Shown here piece after piece: positions 17,733-28,425 of a stretch of DNA of 64,000 nt. Origin of the DNA: a bacterium (GTDB taxonomy: Bacteria > SAR324 > NAC60-12); contig OZ242383.1 of the NCBI GenBank assembly GCA_965209155.1, positions 3,584,001 to 3,648,000 of the forward strand, in the 5' to 3' direction. Below the pieces are notes generated by a model that saw only the letters and a program-made list of their open reading frames with translations, was not told where the DNA came from and searched no databases. Made by a program: the position numbers and the translations under genes. Position 1 is the stretch's first letter; each line of letters starts with the position of its first letter.

Positions 17733-19634
17733 ATGCAGAAAACACATAAAACTCATGGATTGTGGCCGAGTCCGTTCACGCCTGAATTGATATCCAATGC
17801 ATTGGATTTGAGTGAACCCCAATGGGACAAGGTTTGCCATCAATTGGTTTGGTTGGAACAGTGCGATGGCGTGGGGAGGTTGGTGGCCATGGATTCTTCC
17901 GGAAACTGCCCTCGAGAACTCACCATACAACAAAACGTCCGGGCGCGAGTCGGTTACGGAGGAGGAAATTTCTGCGCGCATGGCGGCGTGGTCGTTTTCG
18001 TCGGAAACGAAGGAAAGTTGTATCGTCAATCATTGCGGGAAGGCCATGCGGTCGCCATCACGCCGGGATTCGGCCAATGCGCTTCTCCCCGGATTTCACC
18101 GAACGGGGAGTGGGTGGTCTACGTCTACGACAATGAAGGGGAAAGCGGATTGGCCCTGGTTCCGCTTTCCGGCAATCAATGGCCCATGAAATTGGTCACA
18201 GGAGCCGATTTTTACATGGACCCCCGCTGGTCGTCGGATGGCAAATGGATGAGTTGGGTTTGTTGGAATCATCCCAATATGCCCTGGGATGGCAGTTTCC
18301 TCCAGCTTGCGCCCGTATCGCCCACCCTGCTTTCCCAATCTCGTACCGGTATGGTGCTTTCCATTGCCGGAGGAAATGAAATTTCAATCATCCAACCCGA
18401 GTTTTCTCCCTCCAGTGATCAACTCGTCTACCTCAGTGATGAAAGTGGATGGTACAACCTGCACTGCTATCACCTGAAATCAAAAACGACACGCGCCCTG
18501 ACCCAAGAACCCGCCGAATTGGGGGGGCCAGCCTGGATTCTGGGAATGCGTTGGTACGACTGGATGCCGGATGGAAAAAGGCTTGCCGTCATCCGCAGTG
18601 AGCAAGGCTTCTCTTCCTTGCAGATACTGGAGTGCGCAACTGGTAAAATCACTCCCTGGCCCGGGTTGCAATCCCGCTTTTCCCACTTGGAATCGATCTG
18701 CATCTCGGCAAAAGGAGAAGCGGTTTTGCTGGCATCTCACTCCCACACTCCCAAACAGCTGATCAAAACGGAATTGAACCAGGAAAAGCACGCTTTCCAA
18801 ATCCTCAAACGTTCCTTCAATGAACAGATTTCGGCGGATCATTATTCCATTCCTGAAGCATTGCAGGCAAAAAATGAACGAGGCCAGGTCATTCACGGAT
18901 TGTTCTACTCCCCGCAACACCCGCGTTTTGAATGCCAGGGTATGCCCCCCCTGGTGCTCCGGGTTCATGGTGGCCCCAACAGTCAAGCCTTGCCGAATTG
19001 GAACGGGGAGGCGCAATATTTCACTTCACGGGGTTATGCGCTCCTCGACCTCAACTATCGCGGAAGCAGTGGTTACGGAAAATCCTACCGGGATCTGTTG
19101 CGGGGAAATTGGGGAGTCTCGGACGTAGAAGACGCCATTTTCATGGCATCCTATTTAGTCGAGCAAAAGCGAGCGGATGCTGAACGCCTGGTCATCAAAG
19201 GCGGCAGTGCCGGTGGCTACACCGTCCTGCAGGTGATGGTACGTCATCCCGGGGTTTTCTGCGCGGGAATTTGCTCGTACGGGATTTCCAACATGTTCAA
19301 CCTGGTGCAGGATACCCACAAATTCGAGAAACACTACACCGATTCCTTGATTGGCGTCCTCCCGGAAGCCGCTCCCGTCTTCCATGAGCGTTCTCCCCTC
19401 TTTTTTGCCAACCGCATTCAACGCCCCTTGCTCCTCTTCCAGGGAGATGAGGACCGGGTGGTGCCGAAAAATCAAACGGAATCCATGGTCGAAGTCCTCC
19501 GCCAGAACAAGATTCCCCACGAGTATCATTTGTTTGCAGGCGAAGGCCATGGATGGAGGAAACAGGAAACCATCAACCGGTATTACCAGGCCACCAGCGC
19601 ATTTCTAGAGAAATACGTCATCTTTTCCGTCTGA
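17733..19634 (+). CDS. S9 family peptidase (prolyl oligopeptidase / acylaminoacyl peptidase-like)
   Basis: W.HPNMPWDG, VHGGP, NYRGSSGYG, nucleophile GGSAGG, QG.ED.VV, GEGHGW. Confidence 0.93.
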   Translation: MQKTHKTHGLWPSPFTPELISNALDLSEPQWDKVCHQLVWLEQCDGVGRLVAMDSSGNCPRELTIQQNVRARVGYGGGNFCAHGGVVVFVGNEGKLYRQSLREGHAVAITPGFGQCASPRISPNGEWVVYVYDNEGESGLALVPLSGNQWPMKLVTGADFYMDPRWSSDGKWMSWVCWNHPNMPWDGSFLQLAPVSPTLLSQSRTGMVLSIAGGNEISIIQPEFSPSSDQLVYLSDESGWYNLHCYHLKSKTTRALTQEPAELGGPAWILGMRWYDWMPDGKRLAVIRSEQGFSSLQILECATGKITPWPGLQSRFSHLESICISAKGEAVLLASHSHTPKQLIKTELNQEKHAFQILKRSFNEQISADHYSIPEALQAKNERGQVIHGLFYSPQHPRFECQGMPPLVLRVHGGPNSQALPNWNGEAQYFTSRGYALLDLNYRGSSGYGKSYRDLLRGNWGVSDVEDAIFMASYLVEQKRADAERLVIKGGSAGGYTVLQVMVRHPGVFCAGICSYGISNMFNLVQDTHKFEKHYTDSLIGVLPEAAPVFHERSPLFFANRIQRPLLLFQGDEDRVVPKNQTESMVEVLRQNKIPHEYHLFAGEGHGWRKQETINRYYQATSAFLEKYVIFSV

Positions 19635-19655
19635 AACCCGGGAACTCGGTTTTCT

Positions 19656-21074
19656 TCAAGAATACCGTGATTGAATGAGTTGAACAAATCGTTCCATTCG
19701 AGCAGAGCGCGATCCTTTCACCAGCACCAGGTCGTCTTCTTGAACGATTGATTGAAAAGCTTCTACCAGAGCAGTCATGTCATCCGTCCAATACGCATTC
19801 TTTGAAGATCTGTCGTCATGCTGCCATCCTGCCATATATTGGCGCGCTTCGTTGTCACCAAAGGCAAAAAGGAATGCCACCTTGGCGTTTCTCATTTGCC
19901 GTCCCAATTGAAAATGGAGACGATTGCTTTCCCGACCCAGTTCGGCCATAGCGCCTGCCACCACGATCAAGCGACGCGCAGGGTAAGTCTGTTTCAAAGC
20001 ATCGATCACTTCGCGGAATGAGGTCGGATTGGCATTGTACGTATCATCGACCAATAAAAACGTCCCCATTTCCTGTAATTGAATCCTGCCTTTGATGGTA
20101 TGGGACAAAGCGCTGGTCGCTTCGCGGAGCGACTCCAAGGGGACCTGGCTCAAGTGAAGCAAAGTGAGCGCTCCCAATAAATTTCCGAGCAGCAAAGGGT
20201 TCCCGAACGGTGTTTCAAAAGTCCGACCCAACCATTCGAAGCGGCTCCGACGGGGTGAAGAGGAAATGAGTTTTGCCGTAAAATCCGCTTTCTCCGGAAC
20301 ATCCCAGTCTTGGAATCCATAAGTGAATGCGCGAATTTCGTACTGGTGCGCATAGCTTCTCACGATATCCAGGTGCAACAGGTTAGCGGGGAAAGCCGCA
20401 ATGGAACGAGGAGCCATCCCTGCAAACAATCCTGATTTTTCACGAGCAACGCCCCGGGTGTTTTCTAAAAACTCCAGGTGGCTTTCCCCTATATTCGTTA
20501 TCAATCCCAAGTCGGGTTGGACCACTCGAGAGAGCGTCGCGATTTCTCCGAAGTGGTTGGTGCCCATTTCAATAACACACCACGACTCCGCCAGGTTGGC
20601 GGATAAAATCGTCAGGGGTACGCCTACAAAATTATTGAAGTTTCCCTCAGTGGCATGAGTTTTCGCATCCAGAGACTGACAGAGACTGGCGGCGATTTCT
20701 TTCGTTGATGTTTTTCCATTGCTGCCTGTGATGCCGATCACCTTTCCCGCTTTTAAACGGGTGCGATACTCTCGGGCGAGGTCCAGCAGTGCTTTGTTGG
20801 GATCGCTCACGGCAATGAGAGGAATGCTGCAAGATAACCACTCGGGAGATATTTTGCTGCTGGAAGCGACGATTCCACCTGCCCCTTTTTCCAATGCTTG
20901 CTTGATATAAAGATGTCCGTCGGTGGATTCTCCGCTTAAGGCAAAAAACAAATCACCCGGATGGACGTTCCTGGAATCGGTAGAGAGTTGGCGGAAGCAT
21001 GTTTCCGCAGGCAGGTGTTGCGCATGTCCTTGCAGGATTTGAGACAATTCTCTCACTGTGTAGGAATGGTTCAT
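19656..21074 (-). CDS. murF: UDP-N-acetylmuramoyl-tripeptide--D-Ala-D-Ala ligase
   Basis: STDSR, ITGSNGKTSTKE, NFNN.VGVPLT, EMGTNH.GEI, DDTYNANP, VLVKGSRS. Confidence 0.95.
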   Translation of the reverse strand: MNHSYTVRELSQILQGHAQHLPAETCFRQLSTDSRNVHPGDLFFALSGESTDGHLYIKQALEKGAGGIVASSSKISPEWLSCSIPLIAVSDPNKALLDLAREYRTRLKAGKVIGITGSNGKTSTKEIAASLCQSLDAKTHATEGNFNNFVGVPLTILSANLAESWCVIEMGTNHFGEIATLSRVVQPDLGLITNIGESHLEFLENTRGVAREKSGLFAGMAPRSIAAFPANLLHLDIVRSYAHQYEIRAFTYGFQDWDVPEKADFTAKLISSSPRRSRFEWLGRTFETPFGNPLLLGNLLGALTLLHLSQVPLESLREATSALSHTIKGRIQLQEMGTFLLVDDTYNANPTSFREVIDALKQTYPARRLIVVAGAMAELGRESNRLHFQLGRQMRNAKVAFLFAFGDNEARQYMAGWQHDDRSSKNAYWTDDMTALVEAFQSIVQEDDLVLVKGSRSARMERFVQLIQSRYS

Positions 21075-21148
21075 TGTATACCTTGTTGATCCTTGCTTGA
21101 CCTGATGTGGACATGCATTTTTAATAACAGGAGTATCCTGGTGTGGAT

Positions 21149-21660
21149 GTCATCCTCGCGAACACGGGGATCCCGATTCCGGTCTGTTTGCCTTCCCCTG
21201 GATTCCTGGTCGAGCCAGGAATGACACGGAGTGAATGGGTCATCCTCGCGAACGCGAGAATCCGGATTGCAGTCTGATTGTCTACCCCTGGATTCCTGGT
21301 CAAGCCAGGAATGACACGGAGTGAATGGGTCATCCTCGCGAACGCGAGAATCCGGATTGCAGTCTGATTGTCTAGCCCTGGATTCCTGGTCGAGCCAGGA
21401 ATGACACGGAGTGAATGGGTCTTCCTCGTGAACGTGGGAATCCCGAATCCGGTCTGTTTGCCTTCCCCTGGATTCCTGGTCGAGCCAGGAATGACACGGA
21501 GTGAATGGGTCATCCTCATTACGGTCTGTTTGCCTTCCCCTGGATTCCTGGTCGAGCCAGGAATGACATGGTGTGAATGGGTCAATCCTCATTACGGTCT
21601 GTTTGCCTTCCCCTGGATTCCTGGTCGAGCCAGGGATGACACGGATTCCTGAGATGTGAG
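21149..21660. repeat. Tandem array of 6 palindromes GGATTCCTGGTCGAGCCAGGAATGAC (periods 90, 90, 90, 72, 73)
   Basis: GATTCC cores at 21201, 21291, 21381, 21471, 21543 and 21616; the 90-nt units carry a second inverted hairpin. Confidence 0.95.
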
Positions 21661-21711
21661 GATTCCATGACATATTGAATGGATTGAATGCTTATCTTGA
21701 AATCTGATGAT

Positions 21712-22122
21712 CTATTTGGTGGATTTGTCGTCACTCAACTGTCGAAAAAATTGTTTCAGGGACTCGGAACCCGACTGCCGAGGGGACAAACGACAGTTGA
21801 GAATCCCCCCCTCTCGGACAACCACGTTTCCGGGGGGTGTGGTTACTTTGCCTTTCAATTCTCCTCCGGGAAGGATTTTGACGATTCCCCTGCAAACAAT
21901 ATCTCCCTGGATTTTACCTTTCACGGTCACGGTTTGCGCACGGATGGGACCTTTCATACGGCCTTTTGTCTCAAAAACCACTTCCTGGTGTCCCTCGACG
22001 GAGCCGGAAATAGTCGCATTGATGATAACCGTATTATCGACAGTCAACTTTCCTTCGATTTCAGTTCCCTCTCCCAGGTAGTGGATTGATTTTTTATTTG
22101 AATCGTTCATAGGGTAGCGCAT
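21712..22122 (-). CDS. Bactofilin (polymer-forming cytoskeletal protein)
   Basis: LGEGTEIEGKL...G.I.G.V...V.G...G.I pattern of the bactofilin beta-helix. Confidence 0.88.
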   Translation of the reverse strand: MRYPMNDSNKKSIHYLGEGTEIEGKLTVDNTVIINATISGSVEGHQEVVFETKGRMKGPIRAQTVTVKGKIQGDIVCRGIVKILPGGELKGKVTTPPGNVVVREGGILNCRLSPRQSGSESLKQFFRQLSDDKSTK

Positions 22123-22149
22123 TTTGGCATGATCACGTCAAAGAGAGAC

Positions 22150-22779
22150 TCAGGCACCCGATAATCCGATTTGAGATAGCTGTTGTTTTAATTCCTTAAA
22201 GGTATAACTCGCGGGATAGTTGGGATAGTCCTTTACGATTCGGGACGTGGGACGAAAAAACAGACCGGTGTCGGCTTCTTCCAGCATGCTCAGGTCGTTG
22301 TAGGAATCTCCAATGGCAATCACGTGAAAATTCAATGACTTGAATGCCGCCACTGCCTTTCTTTTCTGATCTTTTTGACGGAGTTGATAATCGCGTATAC
22401 GGCCCTTGTCATCAACGATCAAAGAATGACAGAGAACCGAGGGGGAGTGAAGTTTGGCAAAAAGAGGCCGGGCATAGTCAACAAAGGTATCTGAAAGGAC
22501 GATTACGGTACAACGACCCCGCAACCAGTCCAGGAACTCAGGGGCGCCTTCCAGGGGTTCCATTTTGGAAACAACATCCCGAAAATCGTTGATCGTCAAT
22601 TGATGAGTTGCCAGCAAAGACAGGCGTTTTCTCATCAATTCGTCATAATCCGCCACGTCACGAGTGGTCAGTTTAAATGCCTCGATTCCTGTTATTTCAG
22701 CTAAATTTATCCAGATCTCGGGAACCAAAACTCCCTCCAGGTCGAGGCAAGCGAGGAACATTTTTTTCGATTCCGACAT
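22150..22779 (-). CDS. thrH: Phosphoserine phosphatase / homoserine phosphotransferase
   Basis: ACLDLEGVLVPEIW, TTRD..DYD.LM, LSDTF, GDSYND..ML. Confidence 0.93.
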   Translation of the reverse strand: MSESKKMFLACLDLEGVLVPEIWINLAEITGIEAFKLTTRDVADYDELMRKRLSLLATHQLTINDFRDVVSKMEPLEGAPEFLDWLRGRCTVIVLSDTFVDYARPLFAKLHSPSVLCHSLIVDDKGRIRDYQLRQKDQKRKAVAAFKSLNFHVIAIGDSYNDLSMLEEADTGLFFRPTSRIVKDYPNYPASYTFKELKQQLSQIGLSGA

Positions 22780-22941
22780 GGGCGATGCTTCAAGATTGCA
22801 GGTATTGAAATGGTAAGTTAAAATGGAGCCTGGTTGTTTTACGAAAATGAGAGTATTGGCTCAGGTCAAAAATCGCAAGCTCGAATGAATCATCCTCGTC
22901 ATCATGAACCCGGATTCGAAACGGATACGGCGCAGTCGGCA

Positions 22942-25695
22942 ATGAACAGGTCATGTAAAAACCTGGTTTCCTGGAGTTTTCTCCTGCTGTTTTTTGTGTT
23001 GTCTTGCTCCACAAACACAGCAACGCCCCCCTCAAGAAACTATGACGCAGCTTTTCCCTCCCCGTTGATTGCTGAAGTCTTGATGAGAGTCCAATTGGAT
23101 TACGTGGACCCGGAACGATTGCTTCCGCAACGAATGCTCCAGGGCGCTCTCGATGAACTCTCCATCGCAATCCCGGAAATTCAAGTGAAATCAAGGTTGG
23201 AGCGGAATTCTCACATCCTCGATCTCATAGTGGAAACGCGGAATGAAGAGATTACTTATCAATCTTTGCGTGACCTGGATGAATTGAATCAACTGCTGCA
23301 ACAAATGGTATCCTCCATCAAACGTTCCTGGAGCGCTTCCGCGCAGATTGACAAAGTGGAACAGGCCTTGATCGTGGGACTGCTCTCTGAATTGGACCCC
23401 CATTCCACTTTGTTGGCCAAAGAAATTTACGAAGAATTTCAAGTCAATACTCGAGGTAATTTTGGAGGCGTGGGTATCGTGGTGGGAATCCGCAACAACC
23501 AGATGATCGTTATCACCCCCATCGAAGGGACGCCTGCAGCCAAGGCAGGCATCCGGGCCATGGACCGGATTGTACGCATTGGTGATGAGGAAACTGAAAA
23601 TATGAATATGGCGGACACTGTTAATAAATTGAGAGGACAAACCGGTACCCCGATCACGCTGCATATCATGAGAGCCGGTTTCAGCGCTCCTAAAAAAATT
23701 GAATTGATGCGAACCACTATCCAAATCGACAGCGTCGAGTCGGTCGACCTGAGCCCACAGGCCGAAGGTGTCATCCGTTATATAAAAATTAAAAATTTTC
23801 AACAAAATACGGATGAAGACCTTGCTTCCAAGTTGCGCGATATTGATCAACTCAAAGGACTGATCATCGATATCAGAAATAATCCTGGAGGATTGCTATA
23901 CCAGGCAGTCAGGGTTTCCGATTATTTCCTTCCTGACGATAAAACGATTGTGGCAACCTTGGGAAACCTGCAGAATTCTTCAAGCTACCGCTCCCACTGG
24001 GGTTTGAATAATAAGAAACTGGTCACAATTCCCATCATTGTCCTCATCAACAACGGCAGCGCCTCCGCCTCGGAAATACTCGCGGCGGCGTTAAAAAACA
24101 ATGACCGCGCCATCTTGCTTGGAGAGCAAACCTTCGGCAAGGGATCCATCCAAACCATAGAGTCGCTTCAAGATAATTCCGCCCTCAAATTGACAGTGGC
24201 CCGCTACCTCACTCCCGGAGACAAGTCGATCCAGTCGAAAGGAGTGACCCCCGATATCGCCTTGTACCCGGTCGTCATTTCCGATGACCAACTGCGTTTG
24301 ATTCGGGAGAAAGACTACCGGGAAGAAAACTTGAGGGGACATTTTCAGGTTGCCGAACAAGCCGGCGAACCTTTGGCCGCCCTGCCTTATGTTGTTTCAG
24401 AGGTAGAGAACCCGGACGACGTTATAGTGGGAGATGAATATACGAAAGAATCATTGAATGAGGATTTTTTTATTGAGATCGCCCGAAAAATTTTAAACGA
24501 GTATCAGGGTGACTCCGATCAAACTCTCCTGGAAACCGCATTGCAAGTGCAAAAAGACATGATGCCGCACCAGGATGCTCTCATCGTGGAAGCACTGGGA
24601 GAACGCGATATCGACTGGCAGCATGCCTCCTCAAAGACGGACCCCCAACTGCAAGTTGAAATTCAAACTGAAATTCTGACAAGCTCCCTGAAAAACTGGA
24701 TTCCGGCACCCGCTTTGATTCCTGCGGAATCGCAGGTTCGTTTCCGGGTAAGCGTGAAAAACGTGGGAAGTGAACCCGTCAGTCGTTTGATAAGCCTGAC
24801 GGGAAGCGAACATTCGGTTTTTGATGGTCACCAGTTACCCTTCGGGTACCTGGCTCCCGGCGAATCGCAAGTAAAGACCTTCGAGATGGAAATTCCCAAA
24901 GAGATGAACAACAGCGTCCATGCAATTGATTTTGAATTTGTAGATCACCAATTGCAAAAAAGGGCGGCTGATCGAATATTTCTGGCTTCCGGAGCCGCAC
25001 CTGCGCCCAAATTCTCGTTCCGCCTCGAGCTTTTCGATGATGGCCGTTTTGGATCGCAAGGCAATGGGGACCAAGTGCTCCAGGCTGGTGAAAAGATCGC
25101 CCTCCGGCTTAAAGTGCTCAATTCCGGAGACGGGGATTCCGAGGATTCGTTGGTTTTATTGAGAAACCGGGGAGAACAAACGGAGGTTTTACTCTCCCGC
25201 AGTCGATTTGCTTTGGGAGCATTGCCCTCCGGAGATGAAAAAGAGGCGCTTTTATTGTTTCAGGTCAGCGATCACGCTGTTCTTGAAACATTGGAGTTGT
25301 TCATCGAAGTGCATGACGTCGTCTCGAGTCACAGCAATTTGGTCTATCAATTCTCTCCGCACCAACGCGCCAATGCGTATTATCAAGCCCCTACGATCGA
25401 CTATGAATTAAAAGATCCTGCCAATAGAAATATTGATCCGGTAACTAAACTGAAAACGGTAGAGTTGAAGGGAATCGCCCTCGACGATCAGCAAATGAAA
25501 GACGTCTACATCGTTTTGAATGAAAAGAAAATTTTTTATCGAAGCAACCTGGAGAATCATTCCCTCCGTGATCTACCATTTTCTACCATGGTCCCATTGG
25601 AGGAAGGGCACAATCGAATTTTAATTTTTGCCCGGGACCAGGATCATTTGACGGCGTTTGAGGAAATTCAATTGTGGCGCGAGCGTTCTTCATAG
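22942..25695 (+). CDS. S41 C-terminal processing protease with PDZ domain and long C-terminal extension (MXAN_5808-like), probable lipoprotein
   Basis: LDPHS, FGGVGI, DIRNNPGG, SASASEI, TFGKGSIQ; lipobox-like VLSC after the ATG at 22942. Confidence 0.9.
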   Translation: MNRSCKNLVSWSFLLLFFVLSCSTNTATPPSRNYDAAFPSPLIAEVLMRVQLDYVDPERLLPQRMLQGALDELSIAIPEIQVKSRLERNSHILDLIVETRNEEITYQSLRDLDELNQLLQQMVSSIKRSWSASAQIDKVEQALIVGLLSELDPHSTLLAKEIYEEFQVNTRGNFGGVGIVVGIRNNQMIVITPIEGTPAAKAGIRAMDRIVRIGDEETENMNMADTVNKLRGQTGTPITLHIMRAGFSAPKKIELMRTTIQIDSVESVDLSPQAEGVIRYIKIKNFQQNTDEDLASKLRDIDQLKGLIIDIRNNPGGLLYQAVRVSDYFLPDDKTIVATLGNLQNSSSYRSHWGLNNKKLVTIPIIVLINNGSASASEILAAALKNNDRAILLGEQTFGKGSIQTIESLQDNSALKLTVARYLTPGDKSIQSKGVTPDIALYPVVISDDQLRLIREKDYREENLRGHFQVAEQAGEPLAALPYVVSEVENPDDVIVGDEYTKESLNEDFFIEIARKILNEYQGDSDQTLLETALQVQKDMMPHQDALIVEALGERDIDWQHASSKTDPQLQVEIQTEILTSSLKNWIPAPALIPAESQVRFRVSVKNVGSEPVSRLISLTGSEHSVFDGHQLPFGYLAPGESQVKTFEMEIPKEMNNSVHAIDFEFVDHQLQKRAADRIFLASGAAPAPKFSFRLELFDDGRFGSQGNGDQVLQAGEKIALRLKVLNSGDGDSEDSLVLLRNRGEQTEVLLSRSRFALGALPSGDEKEALLLFQVSDHAVLETLELFIEVHDVVSSHSNLVYQFSPHQRANAYYQAPTIDYELKDPANRNIDPVTKLKTVELKGIALDDQQMKDVYIVLNEKKIFYRSNLENHSLRDLPFSTMVPLEEGHNRILIFARDQDHLTAFEEIQLWRERSS

Positions 25696-25719
25696 GTCCC
25701 ACGTGCAGCACGTGGGACC
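25695..25719. terminator. Hairpin between the convergent S41 protease and HU genes
   Basis: Perfect 11-bp stem GGTCCCACGTG-CAG-CACGTGGGACC. Confidence 0.55.
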
Positions 25720-25754
25720 GCTTGCCTTTTCACGAAAAGGTTGCTTCAGAAGAA

Positions 25755-26042
25755 CTATTTCCTCCGTTTTTTAACAACAGCTTCCCGCAAAGATTTCCCG
25801 GCAGAAAACTTCACGACTTTAGTGGCAGGAATTTTCAATGCAGCCCCTGTTTGGGGATGACGGCCTTTTCTTGCTTTACGTTTGACGACTGAAAACGTAC
25901 CAAATCCCACCAAGGGAATGGTATCTCCTTTCTTTAGCGTTTTTAGAATTGTGGAAAGGGTGGCATTTAAATGTCTTTCCGCACTGGCTTTCGAACCATT
26001 TACTTCATTTGCAATGGCTGCAATCAATTCCGCTTTTGTCAT
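25755..26042 (-). CDS. hup: HU family DNA-binding protein
   Basis: MTKAELI, GFGTF, RKARKGRHPQTG, KFSAGKSL. Confidence 0.95.
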   Translation of the reverse strand: MTKAELIAAIANEVNGSKASAERHLNATLSTILKTLKKGDTIPLVGFGTFSVVKRKARKGRHPQTGAALKIPATKVVKFSAGKSLREAVVKKRRK

Positions 26043-26153
26043 ATTCCTCCTGAATCTGTATTTTTTTTGAAGATGGGTTAAACAACCAATCTCTTTATAT
26101 CAGGATCTCAGGGGAGACGCAAGCGCTGGCGCAAAATTATTGAGAAATCGACC

Positions 26154-27047
26154 TCATCGATTCTTGTTGTTTTCATTTTTCAAGGAGAGGAACAATTGAT
26201 AGGCATTTTGCGGAGTTTCACTATGGTGTACGATGGACCGGACTGCTTGGAGCATGGCGACAGGGGCTTCAGACTGAAAAATATTTCTTCCCATATCCAC
26301 GCCCAGAGCTCCTTGCTGAATCGCCTTATAGGCCATTCTCAAGGCCTCCAATTCCGCAATTTTTTTGCCTCCCGCAATCACGACAGGAACCGGGCAACTG
26401 GCCGTAATGCTCTCAAAGTCTTCTTCGACATAATAAGTTTTGACATAGTGCGCCCCCAGTTCCGCGCAAATCCGCGTGGCCAGTCTGAAATATTTCGCAT
26501 CCCGTGCCATGTCCCGACCGACGGCAGTCACTGCCAGCGTGGGAATGCCGTAACGGATCCCCATATCCACCATACGGGTCATATTGATCACGGATTGCGT
26601 TTCAAACTCACCTCCTATGAAGACTTGCAAGGTGATGGCAGCGGCATTGAGGCGTATCGCGTCTTCAATATCCACCGCAATTTGCTCGTTGGAGAGTTCT
26701 TTGAGCATGCTCGGTCCTCCCGAGACTCGCAGTACAATCGAGTTGGTGGTGGATGGAGGAATGATACTTCGCAAAATTCCCCGGGTTAACATCAAAGTGT
26801 CGGCATAAGGAAGCAAGGGCAGGACACTGATGTCGACTCTTTCCAAGCCTGTGGTAGGACCTTGAAAATAACCGTGATCAAATGCCAGCATGACCGTCCT
26901 CCCGGATTCCGGATTGAAAATACGAGCCAGGCGATTTTTCATTCCCCAATCCAGGGAATTGGATCCTTTGAGAAAAAATCCCTCCGTTTTTTGAGGGATG
27001 TCCGCGTAAAATTGTTTGCTTGCTTTATTCTCGGAGAGCTGGGGCAT
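26154..27047 (-). CDS. lsrF: LsrF-type thiolase / class I aldolase family protein
   Basis: [49 protein letters not shown]. Confidence 0.92.
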   Translation of the reverse strand: MPQLSENKASKQFYADIPQKTEGFFLKGSNSLDWGMKNRLARIFNPESGRTVMLAFDHGYFQGPTTGLERVDISVLPLLPYADTLMLTRGILRSIIPPSTTNSIVLRVSGGPSMLKELSNEQIAVDIEDAIRLNAAAITLQVFIGGEFETQSVINMTRMVDMGIRYGIPTLAVTAVGRDMARDAKYFRLATRICAELGAHYVKTYYVEEDFESITASCPVPVVIAGGKKIAELEALRMAYKAIQQGALGVDMGRNIFQSEAPVAMLQAVRSIVHHSETPQNAYQLFLSLKNENNKNR

Positions 27048-27236
27048 ACGACCTTTCTTAAAGACCGATTTGTATGCATATCATGAAAATAAGGATACGG
27101 GAAATATGAAGTTGAACCAAATCCATATCCAGGAAGGTACCATGGTTAAGATATTAGAACTCTTCCCTGATGTCGATGATTTTTTGTTATTCGATTCTTT
27201 CCAGGTTGCAATGGAGTCAATCACTCTCCATCGAGA

Positions 27237-28418
27237 TCAGGGAAGGGACGGGTATCCCGTCAATTCCACGTAACCATTTCCCTGGACTGGTTGTGATCGA
27301 AACGTTCCTTTGCCATGCACCGCTCCTTCCCAGTAGGTAAGAGAAGCGCGGAATTCCTGTTCATCGAGGAAGGGAACGAGGTCGAGGTTCACGTCGTATT
27401 GGGGAATGAGCAGGTTCCAACGAGATGGATAGCGAATCCCTGATACGGCACTCTGCCAATATTCAAAGTTTTGCAGGTCTATTTGCCGGGCAGAGAGTGG
27501 ATGGGATTCTCCATGCGGCGAGACAAGCAGCCCGCTGCTGGCAGGATCGATGCGACCATCTTTCAGTCGCATTTGATAAATCATCAGGTCCCAACCGTTC
27601 GAAAGCTGCAAGGCAATCCAATCCCAACCGACCTGGTTCGATTGCAAGGCGCTGGAACTCCATTCCCGGTCCATCCAGCTCAGTCCCTCCAGTGCATATT
27701 CTTGATCCCCGACTTGTAATCGCCCCTTGGTTCGCAAGCGAGTGAACGAATAGTAATAGGAAGCATTGCCGCTTTCCTCTCCTTTCCGGCTCAATCCCTC
27801 TTCGCCCTGCAGGACCAGGTCTTTCTGCGGCGTCAACTCCAGGTTCAAAGAAACATTGCCTTCTGAAACCTGAATCCTCAGGGGAAAAAAAGACTTTCCA
27901 ACACTGCGCACGGACCAATTTTCCAACCATACTCGAAAAGGTGATGCCCGTGCTCCTGCCAACTGCAAAGCTGCCCGACTGAATCGTTCGAATTGGTGAT
28001 GTTTCAGCAATTGCGTATCCGTGAGGGCAAAGTGTCCCATATAAACCTGCCGGGTCGCCCACCGGGAAGATCGCGAGTCCCGATTGGGGGAGAGGGAAGT
28101 ACGGAACAGGGTGAACTGGTAGCCGAAATGCCGATTGTTCGTGGTTTTCAAATTCCCGCTGAAATACCACCATTCGTTGCGGAAATCGGGATGGGGGCCA
28201 TGGTCACGGGGAAATTCAAACCGTCGTGGCATGATTGCCCTCTCGTATCCTTCCGTTGCGCCTGCCAGAATACCCGACACGGTATGCATGGAGGGAGGTT
28301 GGGGAACCGGTTCTTTCTTGCGCGGGTAATTCAGAATTGCGACGGTCGACAGCAAAACAAGAAATATGGGAAAGATCCATTTATAAATCACGGTTTTCGG
28401 TGCCATCATTCCTCTCAC
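27237..28418 (-). CDS. AttH / CrtC-like lipocalin-domain secreted protein
   Basis: FPRDHGPHP..RNEWWY, SYYYS, WMDREWS, GWDW, YWEG, GYVELTGY. Confidence 0.88.
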   Translation of the reverse strand: MRGMMAPKTVIYKWIFPIFLVLLSTVAILNYPRKKEPVPQPPSMHTVSGILAGATEGYERAIMPRRFEFPRDHGPHPDFRNEWWYFSGNLKTTNNRHFGYQFTLFRTSLSPNRDSRSSRWATRQVYMGHFALTDTQLLKHHQFERFSRAALQLAGARASPFRVWLENWSVRSVGKSFFPLRIQVSEGNVSLNLELTPQKDLVLQGEEGLSRKGEESGNASYYYSFTRLRTKGRLQVGDQEYALEGLSWMDREWSSSALQSNQVGWDWIALQLSNGWDLMIYQMRLKDGRIDPASSGLLVSPHGESHPLSARQIDLQNFEYWQSAVSGIRYPSRWNLLIPQYDVNLDLVPFLDEQEFRASLTYWEGAVHGKGTFRSQPVQGNGYVELTGYPSLP

Positions 28419-28425
28419 AACAGGG

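Noticed and set aside
21149..21660. CRISPR array
   Set aside because: Sequences between the palindromes are near-copies of each other rather than unique spacers, the repeat belongs to the dispersed REP-like family, and no cas genes are present
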